Made by a program: the position numbers and the translations under genes. DNA of 37,167 bases from Trichomonas gallinae (Eukaryota): the NCBI GenBank assembly GCA_008369845.1, contig MRSU01007905.1:1-37167 (forward strand). The letters are read 5' to 3'. Positions 1 to 9,897 of the stretch are shown here, piece by piece (within the stretch, counting starts at the first letter, position 1; every line of letters begins with the position of its first letter). The notes below the pieces were generated by a model. It saw only the letters and a list, made by a program, of their open reading frames with translations. It was not told the origin of the DNA and made no database searches.

Positions 1-80
1 ACATCCTTTGGCTTGCAGAGGGCGACGAATTCGTCGACGAATGCCTGAACCTTCTTGCTCTTGTTGAAAGCTTGAGCCAT
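1..80 (-). CDS. PEPCK: 5' fragment of a probable GTP-dependent phosphoenolpyruvate carboxykinase (continues beyond left edge)
   Basis: Manual translation from ATG at 80: MAQAFNKSKKVQAFVDEFVALCKPKDV, resembling the PEPCK-GTP N-terminal 'V..FV.E...LC.P..V' segment; strongly biased codons (AAG, TTC, GTC, AAC) typical of a highly expressed gene; Inr directly upstream. Only 27 codons visible. Confidence 0.65.
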   Translation of the reverse strand, partial: MAQAFNKSKKVQAFVDEFVALCKPKD

Positions 81-86
81 GAAATA

Positions 87-97
87 AAGTGAAGTGA
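87..97 (-). promoter_or_regulatory. Tandem initiator (Inr) elements TCACTTCACTT upstream of the PEPCK-like ATG
   Basis: Minus strand reads GTCACTTCACTTTATTTC-ATG; matches trichomonad Inr consensus TCA(T/C)(T/A) within 20 nt of the ATG. Confidence 0.7.
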
Positions 98-139
98 CAT
101 TAAACTACAAAAATTTGAGGGGGATGAGTGGTCGAAATG

Positions 140-407
140 TCCTCTCAATTTTTCCTATGAGGTCAATAAACTTCTCAATCTATAATGTTTTGTTAGATCT
201 CATAGAATTTTTCGTCCATCGCTATTTATTTCTTTCTTAATTTTATCTCTCTATCATATCTATAATACATATATTCGATTAAATCAAATAATATTGATTT
301 GATATCATATATATTGTTTTTATATATTGTATTTTATATATATGAAGAGAATAAGTGATTTTGATTTTATATGATCTCTGTATCGTCTGTCAGAAAAATT
401 GAGAGGA
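140..407. repeat. Perfect 15-bp inverted repeat pair enclosing AT-rich DNA
   Basis: TCCTCTCAATTTTTC at 140-154 and its exact reverse complement GAAAAATTGAGAGGA at 393-407. Confidence 0.75.
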
Positions 408-1164
408 GATTGATTTAGAAAAAAATGAATGAAGAATTTATAAAATATATATAAAATTAAAATGGAATAATTTTAAAAATTTGTTTTTGAGAGGTTTATC
501 GTTTTTGACAGAAAAAAAATTCATCGTACAAATTTTCCTTACTAGCATTGTATATGGGGAATAAAAGTACACCGATAATAAAATAACCTTATTTATACAC
601 ATTTCGAATTAATTGAGCTTTTTCTCCGACCTATCTACGCTTTTAATTGATAACTGGTTGAGAGAATTTATGCACTAATGGATCCTCTAGCATAGGTGAG
701 CATTCTTTCCTTATGGAGCTTTTTTTTGGATTTGATATCAGCCAAACCATAGTAACCGTATTTTGGATTTGATCTATACATATACCACATCCATAAACTA
801 TCATACGATCAATCTATACTTTTCATCAAGCGAAAATTATCTATTGATGACAGCAAGCGAAACCTGTTTTTAAACTCTTCTGATATGGTCTATAGGTGAA
901 AAACAACAGCCATTTGTGCCAATTAGTATTACATCATCGGCATTTGAATTAGGTTCGAAATTTTTCACAAAGAATGCTGCTTGACTTCCAAAATTCTTGC
1001 TTTTTATGGTCCATAGATGTAAGTTCATACGATTGAGGAATTTCTGTTGAGATTTTATAGTTCACAATTTAAAAACGTGAAATTGATCAAAAATATACTT
1101 TATAATACATATTATTCATGATAATTCTATAGAGACATCAATTGAACTTCTGGTTTGAACAAGA

Positions 1165-2652
1165 TTAAATTTCGGCAAGATCATCGCCTTCGACACTGTC
1201 GTAGCTTGCTTCGTTTTCTTCGCGAGAGTTTTCTTGTGAGTCGTCCTGTGAGCGTTTTTCGGTGAATTGCTTGATGAATAACATCTGTCTAAATGGACGA
1301 ATCAAAAGAACCAAACCAAGGCAAAATCCGATAGCGTATGATATAGGGTAGACATACATGAGTCTTGCGGCATTAGATGTGTCTGTATAATATAAAACAT
1401 AAACGAAGATGATTATTGCAGCGAAATTCGAGACAAGAGAAATAATCATTGCTCTGATACCATTCTGCTGGGCCTGGAGAATAGACTGGAATGTTAAGCG
1501 TGTGAAAAGAATTAATGTGCAAACATTCGAAACAATTAACATTTGTTTGGCGAATTTCATGTAATCATCACCAGATCCAAACAATGATGCGATCTGCTCT
1601 GGTATTGAGAGTGAAATGCACATTGTAAAAGCGCACCAGATGAATGAGATCCAATTCAGATGAATAGTAAGACGAACATATCTGCTGATTTTTTGTGCTG
1701 CATATGCATAAGAAGCTGGTGGTAAGTATCCAGAGCAAAGAGCGAGAATAATGCAATTAGTGAAAGTGTTATATCTGCATAAAACATTAAAACCAGCCAT
1801 AGCCATATCATATTCGTATGGTGAAGCAACAGACTTGCCAATAAGCTTTCTAACGACAATGCCCGGTAAGTTGATTGAGATTTGTGACATGAGTTGTGAG
1901 CTTCCGACGAGTAGAGCCTTGTATGTGTATCCTGAGAAAGGTTTGAAGAGGTCCTTGACATTTGGCTTGACACTGAAGCATCCACAAAAATAGAGAATGG
2001 AAAGAGTAATTCCTGGGACGCCATCAGCGATAATTGTTGAAATTGATGAACCTTTGACACCGAATTTGAAGACTTTGAGGAACAGAGGATTCAAAGCACC
2101 CATGCCAATACCTAAAGAGACTAAATCAATGAGGCCAACAAGCATAGTTCTTCCTTCTGCTTGCAAAAATCCACAGCATGCTAAGAAAATGCATGTGAAA
2201 ACATTACCAACACATTGAGGAATGATATATTGGAATGCTCCTTCTATCGTTTCCTCGTTAGCACCAAACCATTTAGAGCATGGTTTATTAATCGGTAAAA
2301 GAATCGCGGGAACGATCATACCGCATATTATAGCTACTCTAAGGAGATCACATACAACTTGTTCTGCTTCTTTAAATTGTCCTTTTCCGAACAATGCCGA
2401 AATTTGAGTACTTCCTGCACAAAGTAAGAACAAACCGAATCCACGTGCTATGGATTCCCATGCAATATCAGTAGCAACAGCGGCCATACCAACAGAGCCA
2501 ACATATTTTGAAATCCAAATTGAATTTATGATTCCATACATAGCCGATGTGATCTGTGAGCAAAGTGGGCCAATCATCAGCTTAAGAATCGTGATTAATG
2601 GTGGATTTCCTGCTAAGCGGGCAATTTCGTCCTTATCCTTTTCAGAGCTCAT
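1165..2652 (-). CDS. MATE family multidrug/toxic compound efflux transporter (paralog 1)
   Basis: 495 aa, about 12 hydrophobic segments, MATE-type motifs (LMIGP..SQ, VGSVGMAAV, ISALFGKGQ, GFLQAEG, FGVKGSSIST), acidic C-terminal tail. Confidence 0.9.
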   Translation of the reverse strand: MSSEKDKDEIARLAGNPPLITILKLMIGPLCSQITSAMYGIINSIWISKYVGSVGMAAVATDIAWESIARGFGLFLLCAGSTQISALFGKGQFKEAEQVVCDLLRVAIICGMIVPAILLPINKPCSKWFGANEETIEGAFQYIIPQCVGNVFTCIFLACCGFLQAEGRTMLVGLIDLVSLGIGMGALNPLFLKVFKFGVKGSSISTIIADGVPGITLSILYFCGCFSVKPNVKDLFKPFSGYTYKALLVGSSQLMSQISINLPGIVVRKLIGKSVASPYEYDMAMAGFNVLCRYNTFTNCIILALCSGYLPPASYAYAAQKISRYVRLTIHLNWISFIWCAFTMCISLSIPEQIASLFGSGDDYMKFAKQMLIVSNVCTLILFTRLTFQSILQAQQNGIRAMIISLVSNFAAIIIFVYVLYYTDTSNAARLMYVYPISYAIGFCLGLVLLIRPFRQMLFIKQFTEKRSQDDSQENSREENEASYDSVEGDDLAEI

Positions 2653-2696
2653 AAATAATTTTTTTTTTGAGAACTGTTAAAAATTTTCATAACATC

Positions 2697-2727
2697 CTCA
2701 CAATTGGTGTCCAAACTTCAACTCAAA
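2697..2727 (-). promoter_or_regulatory. Conserved 31-bp upstream element of MATE paralog 1
   Basis: CTCACAATTGGTGTCCAAACTTCAACTCAAA (plus strand), identical to 5222-5252; about 45 nt upstream of the ATG. Confidence 0.65.
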
Positions 2728-2833
2728 AATGACTTTGAGGCCTTTTTTAATTATTACTCTACACACTATGTAGATGAGAAATATCGTGATGTGGCTCTAA
2801 TCTCTATCGAACGATCAATTTTGGACAATTTCT

Positions 2834-3240
2834 CGTTTTGTTCATATAATAATACGATATAACTTATATAGATCATTATTACCGAAAAAAATGATTTTAA
2901 TTGGATTTTTTTTCTAATTTTGCGTTTTGTTCATATAATAATGCGATATAATTAATATAGATCATTATTACAGAAAATTATAGAATTTAATTAGATTTTT
3001 TTTCCAAAGATTTTCAATTTTTATTGGGAAATCGTTTTGATCATAAAATGATACGATACAAATCATAAATATCACTACATTATTAATTTATTGAATATTT
3101 TTATCAAATTCATGTTTTATTCATAAAATAATACTATATATTTAATAATAACCACTATTATAAAATGCAATCGAATTTTATTTGATTTTTTTCCCAAAGA
3201 TTTTTTGAATTGTATTTGGGAAATCGTTTTAATCATATTA
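2834..3240. repeat. Degenerate tandem repeat, about 80-110 bp unit, 4-5 copies
   Basis: Units begin CGTTTTGTTCATATAATAAT-like at about 2834, 2923, 3033, 3113 and 3225, with shared GATCATTATTAC and GATTTTTTT.CCAAAGATTTT..GGGAAATCGTTTT blocks. Confidence 0.75.
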
Positions 3241-3705
3241 TTCATTGTTACTTGTAGTTCTAATAATAAATTTTTGATCTTAAGAGTCATCAGTGTAACA
3301 AAATTTCATTCGATTAGCGAAAACAGTCTTTTCTAGAAAATCACCAATGTTTCTAATGAAAACAATTGGTAGAGCAGAAATACTTACGAAATGATCAATA
3401 ATCTATAACTCATCAATTCAGCAAATATTTTATTTGTGATATATATCACCAGAACTTGATTTTTAATTAAACACAATAACCATACAATAAAATGAGTATT
3501 TTTTGCCTTAAAAACAAAAACTTATTCTTCAACAAATATTAAAAAGTTTTAACCGAGATGCTTCAGTAGATATTACTAATTAGTCTCTATTTTGATGAAA
3601 TCATGCATAGATTTTATGATTTTCCTGCAAACATATTAGAATTCAAATCATAAAATTTTATTTACAATCATAAAACATATTATATGAGAATAAACAGGTT
3701 CTATA

Positions 3706-5184
3706 TTAAAGTTCTGCGATCTGGTTACCCTCCGCTCTTTCATCATTAGATTCTTCTTCTTGTGAACCTTCTTTGGATGAAGACTGCTTCTCTGTAAACT
3801 TCTTGACAAACATCATCTGCTTGAATGGTGTGATTAACAAGATTGTGCCGAGGACGAAACCGATGGCGTAAGAAATTGGGTAGACATATGTGAGTCTTCC
3901 TGCATCATTTTTGTTCGTCAAGTACAAAACATAAACGAAAACAATGATTGCAGCGAAGTTGGAAGTGAATGAGATGATAATGGCTCTGATACCATTCTGC
4001 TGTGTCTGGAGGATGGCCTGGATTGTGAATGGTGTAAACATAATAATGCTGTCTGCGTTAGAGCATTTAATCATCCTCTTAGCGAAATACATGTAATCTT
4101 CGCCGTGACCAAACATCGATGCGATTTGTTCTGGGATCGAAAAGGCTAATGCCATAGCAAAAGCACACCATGCAAATGATATCCAGTTGAGGTGGATTGT
4201 CAATCTGATGTACCTGCTGATCTTTTGTGCAGCGAATGCATAAGATGCTGGTGGTAAATAGCCGGAGCACAAAGCAAGAACGACGCAGCTTGTGAATGTC
4301 ATGTATCTGCAGAGGACATTGAAGCCAGCCATTGCCATATCGTATTCATATGGAGAGGCGACTGACTTACCGATGAGCTTTCTGACCAAAATACCTGGAA
4401 GGTTGAGCGAAACTTGAGACATTAGCTGAGAGCTACCGACAAGTAAAGCTTTATATGTGTAGCCTGAAAACGGCTTGAAGAGGCCTTTGACATTTGGCTT
4501 GACACTGAAAACACCACAGAAGTAGAGAATGGAGAGTGTGATTCCTGGAACACCATCAGCAATGATAGTGGAGATGGATGGGCCTTTGACACCGAGTTTG
4601 AAAACTTTGAGGAAAAGCGGATTTAATGCGCCCATACCTACACCGAGAGAGACTAAATCTATGAGACCAACAAGCAGAGTTCTGCCTTCTGCTTGAAGGA
4701 AACCACAGCAGGACAAGAATATGCATGTGAACACGTTTCCGACGCACTGTGGAAGAATGTATTGGAAAGCACCTTCAATTGTTTCTTCGTTTGCACCAAA
4801 CCATTTAGAACATGGTTTGTTAATAGGTAAAAGAATCGCTGGCACTATCATACCGCAGATGATTGCCACTCTGAGAACATCGCATACGACTTGTTCTGCT
4901 TCTTTGAACTGACCTTTACCGAACAATGCTGAGATTTGTGTACTTCCTGCGCAAAGCAGGAAAAGGCCGAAGCCACGTGCAATGCATTCCCATGCAATGT
5001 CAGTAGCTACAGCGGCCATACCTACCGAGCCTACATACTTTGCAATCCATATCGAATTTATGATACCATACAAAGCGGAAGTGATCTGTGAGCATAGAGG
5101 GCCGATCATAAGCCTGAGTATAGTTGCTAGAGGTGGGCTTCCAGCGAGACGTGCAATTTCATCCTTACCTTTCTCTGCACTCAT
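3706..5184 (-). CDS. MATE family efflux transporter (paralog 2, tandem duplicate)
   Basis: 492 aa, colinear and highly similar to 1165..2652; many synonymous differences. Confidence 0.9.
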   Translation of the reverse strand: MSAEKGKDEIARLAGSPPLATILRLMIGPLCSQITSALYGIINSIWIAKYVGSVGMAAVATDIAWECIARGFGLFLLCAGSTQISALFGKGQFKEAEQVVCDVLRVAIICGMIVPAILLPINKPCSKWFGANEETIEGAFQYILPQCVGNVFTCIFLSCCGFLQAEGRTLLVGLIDLVSLGVGMGALNPLFLKVFKLGVKGPSISTIIADGVPGITLSILYFCGVFSVKPNVKGLFKPFSGYTYKALLVGSSQLMSQVSLNLPGILVRKLIGKSVASPYEYDMAMAGFNVLCRYMTFTSCVVLALCSGYLPPASYAFAAQKISRYIRLTIHLNWISFAWCAFAMALAFSIPEQIASMFGHGEDYMYFAKRMIKCSNADSIIMFTPFTIQAILQTQQNGIRAIIISFTSNFAAIIVFVYVLYLTNKNDAGRLTYVYPISYAIGFVLGTILLITPFKQMMFVKKFTEKQSSSKEGSQEEESNDERAEGNQIAEL

Positions 5185-5221
5185 TTTTTGATAACTGTTT
5201 ATTTTTTAATTTTCTGTAGTA

Positions 5222-5252
5222 CTCACAATTGGTGTCCAAACTTCAACTCAAA
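5222..5252 (-). promoter_or_regulatory. Conserved 31-bp upstream element of MATE paralog 2
   Basis: Identical to 2697-2727; about 38 nt upstream of the ATG. Confidence 0.65.
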
Positions 5253-6384
5253 TGTTTTGTGCAACTTTTTACGATTCTTTTAATACCCTGCAAACACCCC
5301 GAAAGAGCATATTTTGCAAAACGATTCATTTTATGGCTTGAACACCACCGAGAACATTTAATGTGTACAAAAGGTATCAGTTATTGGATTAATTAAGACT
5401 GACGGGTTTATTGGGGTTGATCTTTATTTTTTATAAAATTGATTAAAACTTGTTGATCTCATTATTGTTTCCTTAGCATAGTAAATTAATTTGCGTCGCC
5501 CACACACATTATTCAACACGATAAATTCTTTTGAATGGCTGCACATTGAGAAGTCGCTCAAAATTGGTTGAGAGGAACCAATTCATGCATACTAAATGTT
5601 ATTACTGCACTTATTGCGTCTGTATAAACATTAAAACTCTATAATAGCCAAACAAAAATTTTGCACTGAAATTTCTCGCAATTTTGCTTTGTTTGAGTCA
5701 TTAAGTTTTATCTATTATTATATTCGGCTATGTCGGAAGATACCGATAAATCTAAACATGTAAATTGTGTAATTTTATGTTCAATTTGATTGTTTTATCG
5801 CCAAAATTGGTTTTATTCCTTATTTGATATCTTATTGTCTTAATATCGTATAGTGGCATTGTATTAACAATTTCATTCATGCTCTGTCTATTTTTCCAAA
5901 ATCTCTTAATTTAGAACCACGTCATTCAGATAAGGAGCAGACATCATAAGATTCATGCACTTGTTTAAATTATGTGAACGGAATAATTATGATACATTCA
6001 TCTAAAATTAATAAAATTTTTATTCCGGAAAGCAAAAAGTCATTTTCATTTCATTTGCAAATCATCATTCAACTATCACAGTTGTGTACAAAAGAATGTC
6101 AACTATTCTAACAAAAAACTAGTTTATTCGATTTCAACAATTTATATTTTCATTAAATATAATGTCTACAAATGGAAATATAACGAGATACTAATAAAGA
6201 ATTTAAATCCAATACACATGGAACATATTTCACGTTTTATTAAAAAGAAATATCCAAAAACAGACATCAGGTATCCATTCTCAAGTATAATCATAATACT
6301 TCTATATTAAATTCGTTCTCCAATCCAATCAATGCATTAGAAGGAGATAAATCGTATATTTTATTTTAAGTGATAAATTTCCAA

Positions 6385-6930
6385 AGAAATAAGGTAAAAT
6401 TGTCAAGGAACTCTTGCTTTGCATGTCTGAATGAGATAATGTGAACGCAGATCAATATAATAATAATCTCAATAAAAAAATAAGCAAAAGTTTGAATAAT
6501 CAAAAAATGACATGTAAAGTTTTGTAAACATATCAAAAATTCAGAAAACACACAAATTTGTAAGCATGACAAATGTGATTTTTGACATTGCAATGCAAAA
6601 AATTAAATTGTAAGGATACAACTTTTGAAGAGGTTTTCCATAAAGACAAGGCAGAACTGGTATGGAACTCTTCCTTATGGACGTTTGAATGAGATTACGC
6701 GAGAGAGGATCAATATAATCATTTCAGAAAAAATGGGAAAAATAAGTTACCCACTTTTTGGAAAAAAACTGACAAAAATAATTTGTTAAAAATGCATTAT
6801 TCATTATAAATAACAGAAATATTAGTGAATCACAAAACGTGACAGAGCCGATTTTTGACATTGCAAAAATTTTTAACCTTTACAAAAAATTAAATTCTAA
6901 GAATCCAACTTTTGAGTAGGTTTTAATCGT
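6385..6930. repeat. Degenerate tandem duplication, about 260-290 bp unit, 2 copies
   Basis: Colinear shared blocks: GGAACTCTT (about 6407/6664), TGAATGAGAT, GATCAATATAAT (about 6450/6708), GATTTTTGACATTGCAA (about 6577/6850), CAAAAAATTAAATT, CAACTTTTGA (about 6618/6906). Confidence 0.7.
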
Positions 6931-7380
6931 AATCAAAGGGTTGAATCTATGGCAATTTTATTCTCATTTACGAGATAGATACTTTATCAATCTATACATC
7001 AATTTTTATTTGAATCTTGATATTTTAACTCAAAATCAATGAGATTAATATCATGCTAATTACGATTTTATGGTTAAAAATAATCAAAGGGATCAAACGT
7101 AAATTCTGTCAATTTTGTAATAAAATTTGTAAACTTATCAAATGAATAATACGAAAGATCATCTAATCTTCAGATAAAGATTATAAATTCAAAAAGAAAA
7201 ATTTTCTTCTCAATTGAAAAATTACAAATTTATCACTATTATCCATGAGCAAAGCATATCGAATAACTTTACTTCAATTTTTATCGTCTGAACTAAAATA
7301 AATATTTATGTATTCCTATAAGTATGTTATATTTTGGAATTTTTGAATGCGCGGCGATAATTTTTTTTTAGATTAATTTA

Positions 7381-8502
7381 ATGTTATTCAAGCTTGATGA
7401 CGAAATCCCCGAGATCGTCAAGTTTTACGATAAGGAGTATGAAAGCAACTTAGAAGACTATTGCTCAAAGAAACTTAAGCTTAAAGTATACGTTCCAAGA
7501 TTAGATACAATTCGAATCATTCTAAAACAAGCGGCAGATATATTTAAAACAGAGAAAACAGTATTACGCATCCAATCACCATGCATTGTGCTTGGAGATA
7601 TTCATGGTCAGTTGATCGATTTACTTCGAATTTTACATTTTAATGGTTTTCCACCAGAAAAGAAATATATATTCCTCGGTGACTTAGTAGACAGAGGAGA
7701 CTTCTCGATAGAAGTTCTCACGCTTATATTTTCGCTTAAAATCTTGTACCCAACAAGTGTTTACGTTTTAAGAGGAAACCATGAATGGCAAAGCAGTCAA
7801 TTCAAAGAGTGTTTTGTCAACAGCGCTATCGAAGAGCTTCGTACACCTGATATAGAGAAGTGGGTTAACCACGCTTTCAATCAAATGCCATATGCAGCTA
7901 TCGTTGACGGGTACGCTTTATGTATCCATGGTGGCATTGGCCCTTCAATACAGAAAATAGAAGATATCGAGAATATAAAGCGAGGCATTTCCCTCATAGA
8001 AGACGAAGCAGCAACAGAATTGACATGGTCCGATCCAATTGAAAATATACCGCTATACATGGTATCTCCACGTGGCATGGGGTATCTTTTTGGACAAAGC
8101 GCGTTAAATTCGTTCTTGAGAAATTCGTTACTCGAAATGATTGTAAGAGGTCACGAATGTGTTAATGAAGGAGTTAGATATTCGCTTAACAGACAATGCA
8201 TTACAGTATTTTCAGCATCAAATTACGTTGGCACGAGTTATAATAAAAGCGGAATTTTGGTTTTCAATCCAGGAAAGAAGCCAGATGGACTTGCATTTGA
8301 CCCACTTCCATGGGTAACAAGAAATGAAGCTGTCAATCAAAATTCATCACCAATCACAAATAAGCCACACTACATTAAGCCTTCATCATCAGAGAAAGTT
8401 TTGAATGGAGTGAGGAATTCGCTTTCACCTACTGTTTCTCGTCCAAAGATTAATCAATCTCGTTCGGGTGTTGGTTTGCCTAGGATTAATCCCAGCATTT
8501 AA
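7381..8502 (+). CDS. PPP-family Ser/Thr protein phosphatase (PP1-like catalytic domain)
   Basis: Intact motifs GDIHG, GDLVDRG, RGNHE, HGG, WSDP, RGHE, FSASNY; Ser/Pro-rich tail. Confidence 0.95.
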   Translation: MLFKLDDEIPEIVKFYDKEYESNLEDYCSKKLKLKVYVPRLDTIRIILKQAADIFKTEKTVLRIQSPCIVLGDIHGQLIDLLRILHFNGFPPEKKYIFLGDLVDRGDFSIEVLTLIFSLKILYPTSVYVLRGNHEWQSSQFKECFVNSAIEELRTPDIEKWVNHAFNQMPYAAIVDGYALCIHGGIGPSIQKIEDIENIKRGISLIEDEAATELTWSDPIENIPLYMVSPRGMGYLFGQSALNSFLRNSLLEMIVRGHECVNEGVRYSLNRQCITVFSASNYVGTSYNKSGILVFNPGKKPDGLAFDPLPWVTRNEAVNQNSSPITNKPHYIKPSSSEKVLNGVRNSLSPTVSRPKINQSRSGVGLPRINPSI

Positions 8503-8739
8503 TTATATTGTTTATATTGATTTATATTGTTTTATGTTATTTAAAAAAATTTTTTAATAAATATTATTTTGAAAAAATTATTTTGCTATGTCTATAATAT
8601 AACAGTATAAACCATTAACAATAGCTACATTTAGTATATTAGACAAAAATATTTGCTCAATTCGATTAATAAAATTGGAAAATTATATTTTGACTATAAA
8701 TTCTGAGCAAAATGTAAAAAACATACTATACTCCTGTTC

Positions 8740-8769
8740 AACGGTTGGTAGATAGGAGAAAAAGTCATA
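8740..8769 (+). promoter_or_regulatory. M3-like Myb site (AACGGTTG) and Inr (TCATA) upstream of the WD40 gene
   Basis: AACGGTTG at 8740-8747 fits trichomonad M3 consensus DRCSGYTD; TCATA at 8765-8769 just before the ATG at 8773. Confidence 0.5.
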
Positions 8770-8772
8770 ATT

Positions 8773-9759
8773 ATGATTGGTGATTTTGTAGTTGATGCGC
8801 AATTTTCCAATCCAATGTATTCTGGAGGCATCAACTCTCTTGACATTGATCCAATATATGGTACAAAAGCAATTGGTGGAACAGAAAATGGCTGTTACTT
8901 TTGTTACGATTTAGCAAAAAATCAAGAAATTTATTCTTACAGATTAAAGCATCCTGCTGCAATCACAGATGTTGCCATTCTAAAAACAGACGGTGGGATC
9001 TTCTGTACTACTTCCGTAGACGGACATTTAAGAATCTATGATATTAAAAATGCTCGAAAATCAGCACAGATGGCGGATTGCCATTGCATTATACGCAGTG
9101 TGTCTGCAGCTCCAGATGCACCTGTTGTTGTCGTTGGATTAGAAGAAGGATCAACAAGAATCTTTGATTTGCGCCAGAGTGTGAACTTAAACGCACTGAA
9201 AACAGGCTATGATACACCTGTTTCTATCGCCCAATTCTCGAATGATAACAGTTTCTTAGTTGCTGTTGGTGATACTCTCGGAAGACTTTTTCTGTTTGAT
9301 CTACGCAATCCAAAAGTACCATATCAGCTTGATTGGTACCGTGCTGAGATAACAGATAAACCAGAAACATATGTTGCCCATGGAAGTGAAATTAATTGTA
9401 TTCAATTTTCACCAAACAGCAGAACTTTTTTGTCATTAGATAAGAATGGAGTTATTAGGGAATGGAGCTCTGACACAGGACTCTCCGAACTTAATGAATA
9501 TAGAATAACTGAATACAAAAGATCAGTTAGACGCGTGAAAATCGCTTACACAAGCAAAACTATATATTCTCCATCAGAAAACTCCGTTTATGACATCCTA
9601 GAAGATAAAAAGAATATTGGCCACATTTCCACTGTTAATGGAGTATTTGAGAATAATGGATGTCTTATTTCATATGGCGAAGACAACTTAATGACAATTT
9701 GGAAGAAGAAAGACGCAGTATCATTTGTTGATGATAAATCAGATTGGTCCGATGAATGA
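8773..9759 (+). CDS. ERCC8: WD40-repeat protein, CSA/ERCC8 (Rad28)-like
   Basis: WD repeats (LRIYD, IFDLR, LFDLR, IREWS, MTIWK); GGINSLDIDP, AHGSEINCIQFS..WSSDTG..LNEY and acidic DWSDE tail parallel human CSA (GGINTLDIEP, AHNGKVNGLCFT..WNSSNG..LVNY, DAWSSSDEE). WD40 fold is secure; orthology is by eye. Confidence 0.65.
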   Translation: MIGDFVVDAQFSNPMYSGGINSLDIDPIYGTKAIGGTENGCYFCYDLAKNQEIYSYRLKHPAAITDVAILKTDGGIFCTTSVDGHLRIYDIKNARKSAQMADCHCIIRSVSAAPDAPVVVVGLEEGSTRIFDLRQSVNLNALKTGYDTPVSIAQFSNDNSFLVAVGDTLGRLFLFDLRNPKVPYQLDWYRAEITDKPETYVAHGSEINCIQFSPNSRTFLSLDKNGVIREWSSDTGLSELNEYRITEYKRSVRRVKIAYTSKTIYSPSENSVYDILEDKKNIGHISTVNGVFENNGCLISYGEDNLMTIWKKKDAVSFVDDKSDWSDE

Positions 9760-9792
9760 AACATATAATAACTCCTTCCCATTAATCACTCC

Positions 9793-9897
9793 ATGTATAA
9801 ATGCAAAATGAAAAACGAAGGCTACAATACAGCTTTGATTTATGCTTCAATAGAAGGCCTTTATGAAATTGTCAAACTTCTCTTCACAGTTCTTTAG
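9793..9897 (+). pseudogene. Single ankyrin-repeat relic / 34-aa small ORF
   Basis: Manual translation MYKCKMKNEGYNTALIYASIEGLYEIVKLLFTVL*, containing the ankyrin consensus TAL..AS..G..EIVKLL; decayed sequence follows. Confidence 0.7.

Noticed and set aside
1568..5191. Short overlapping and antisense ORFs inside the MATE genes
   Set aside because: Frame shadows of real CDSs; their similarity to each other follows from the paralogy.
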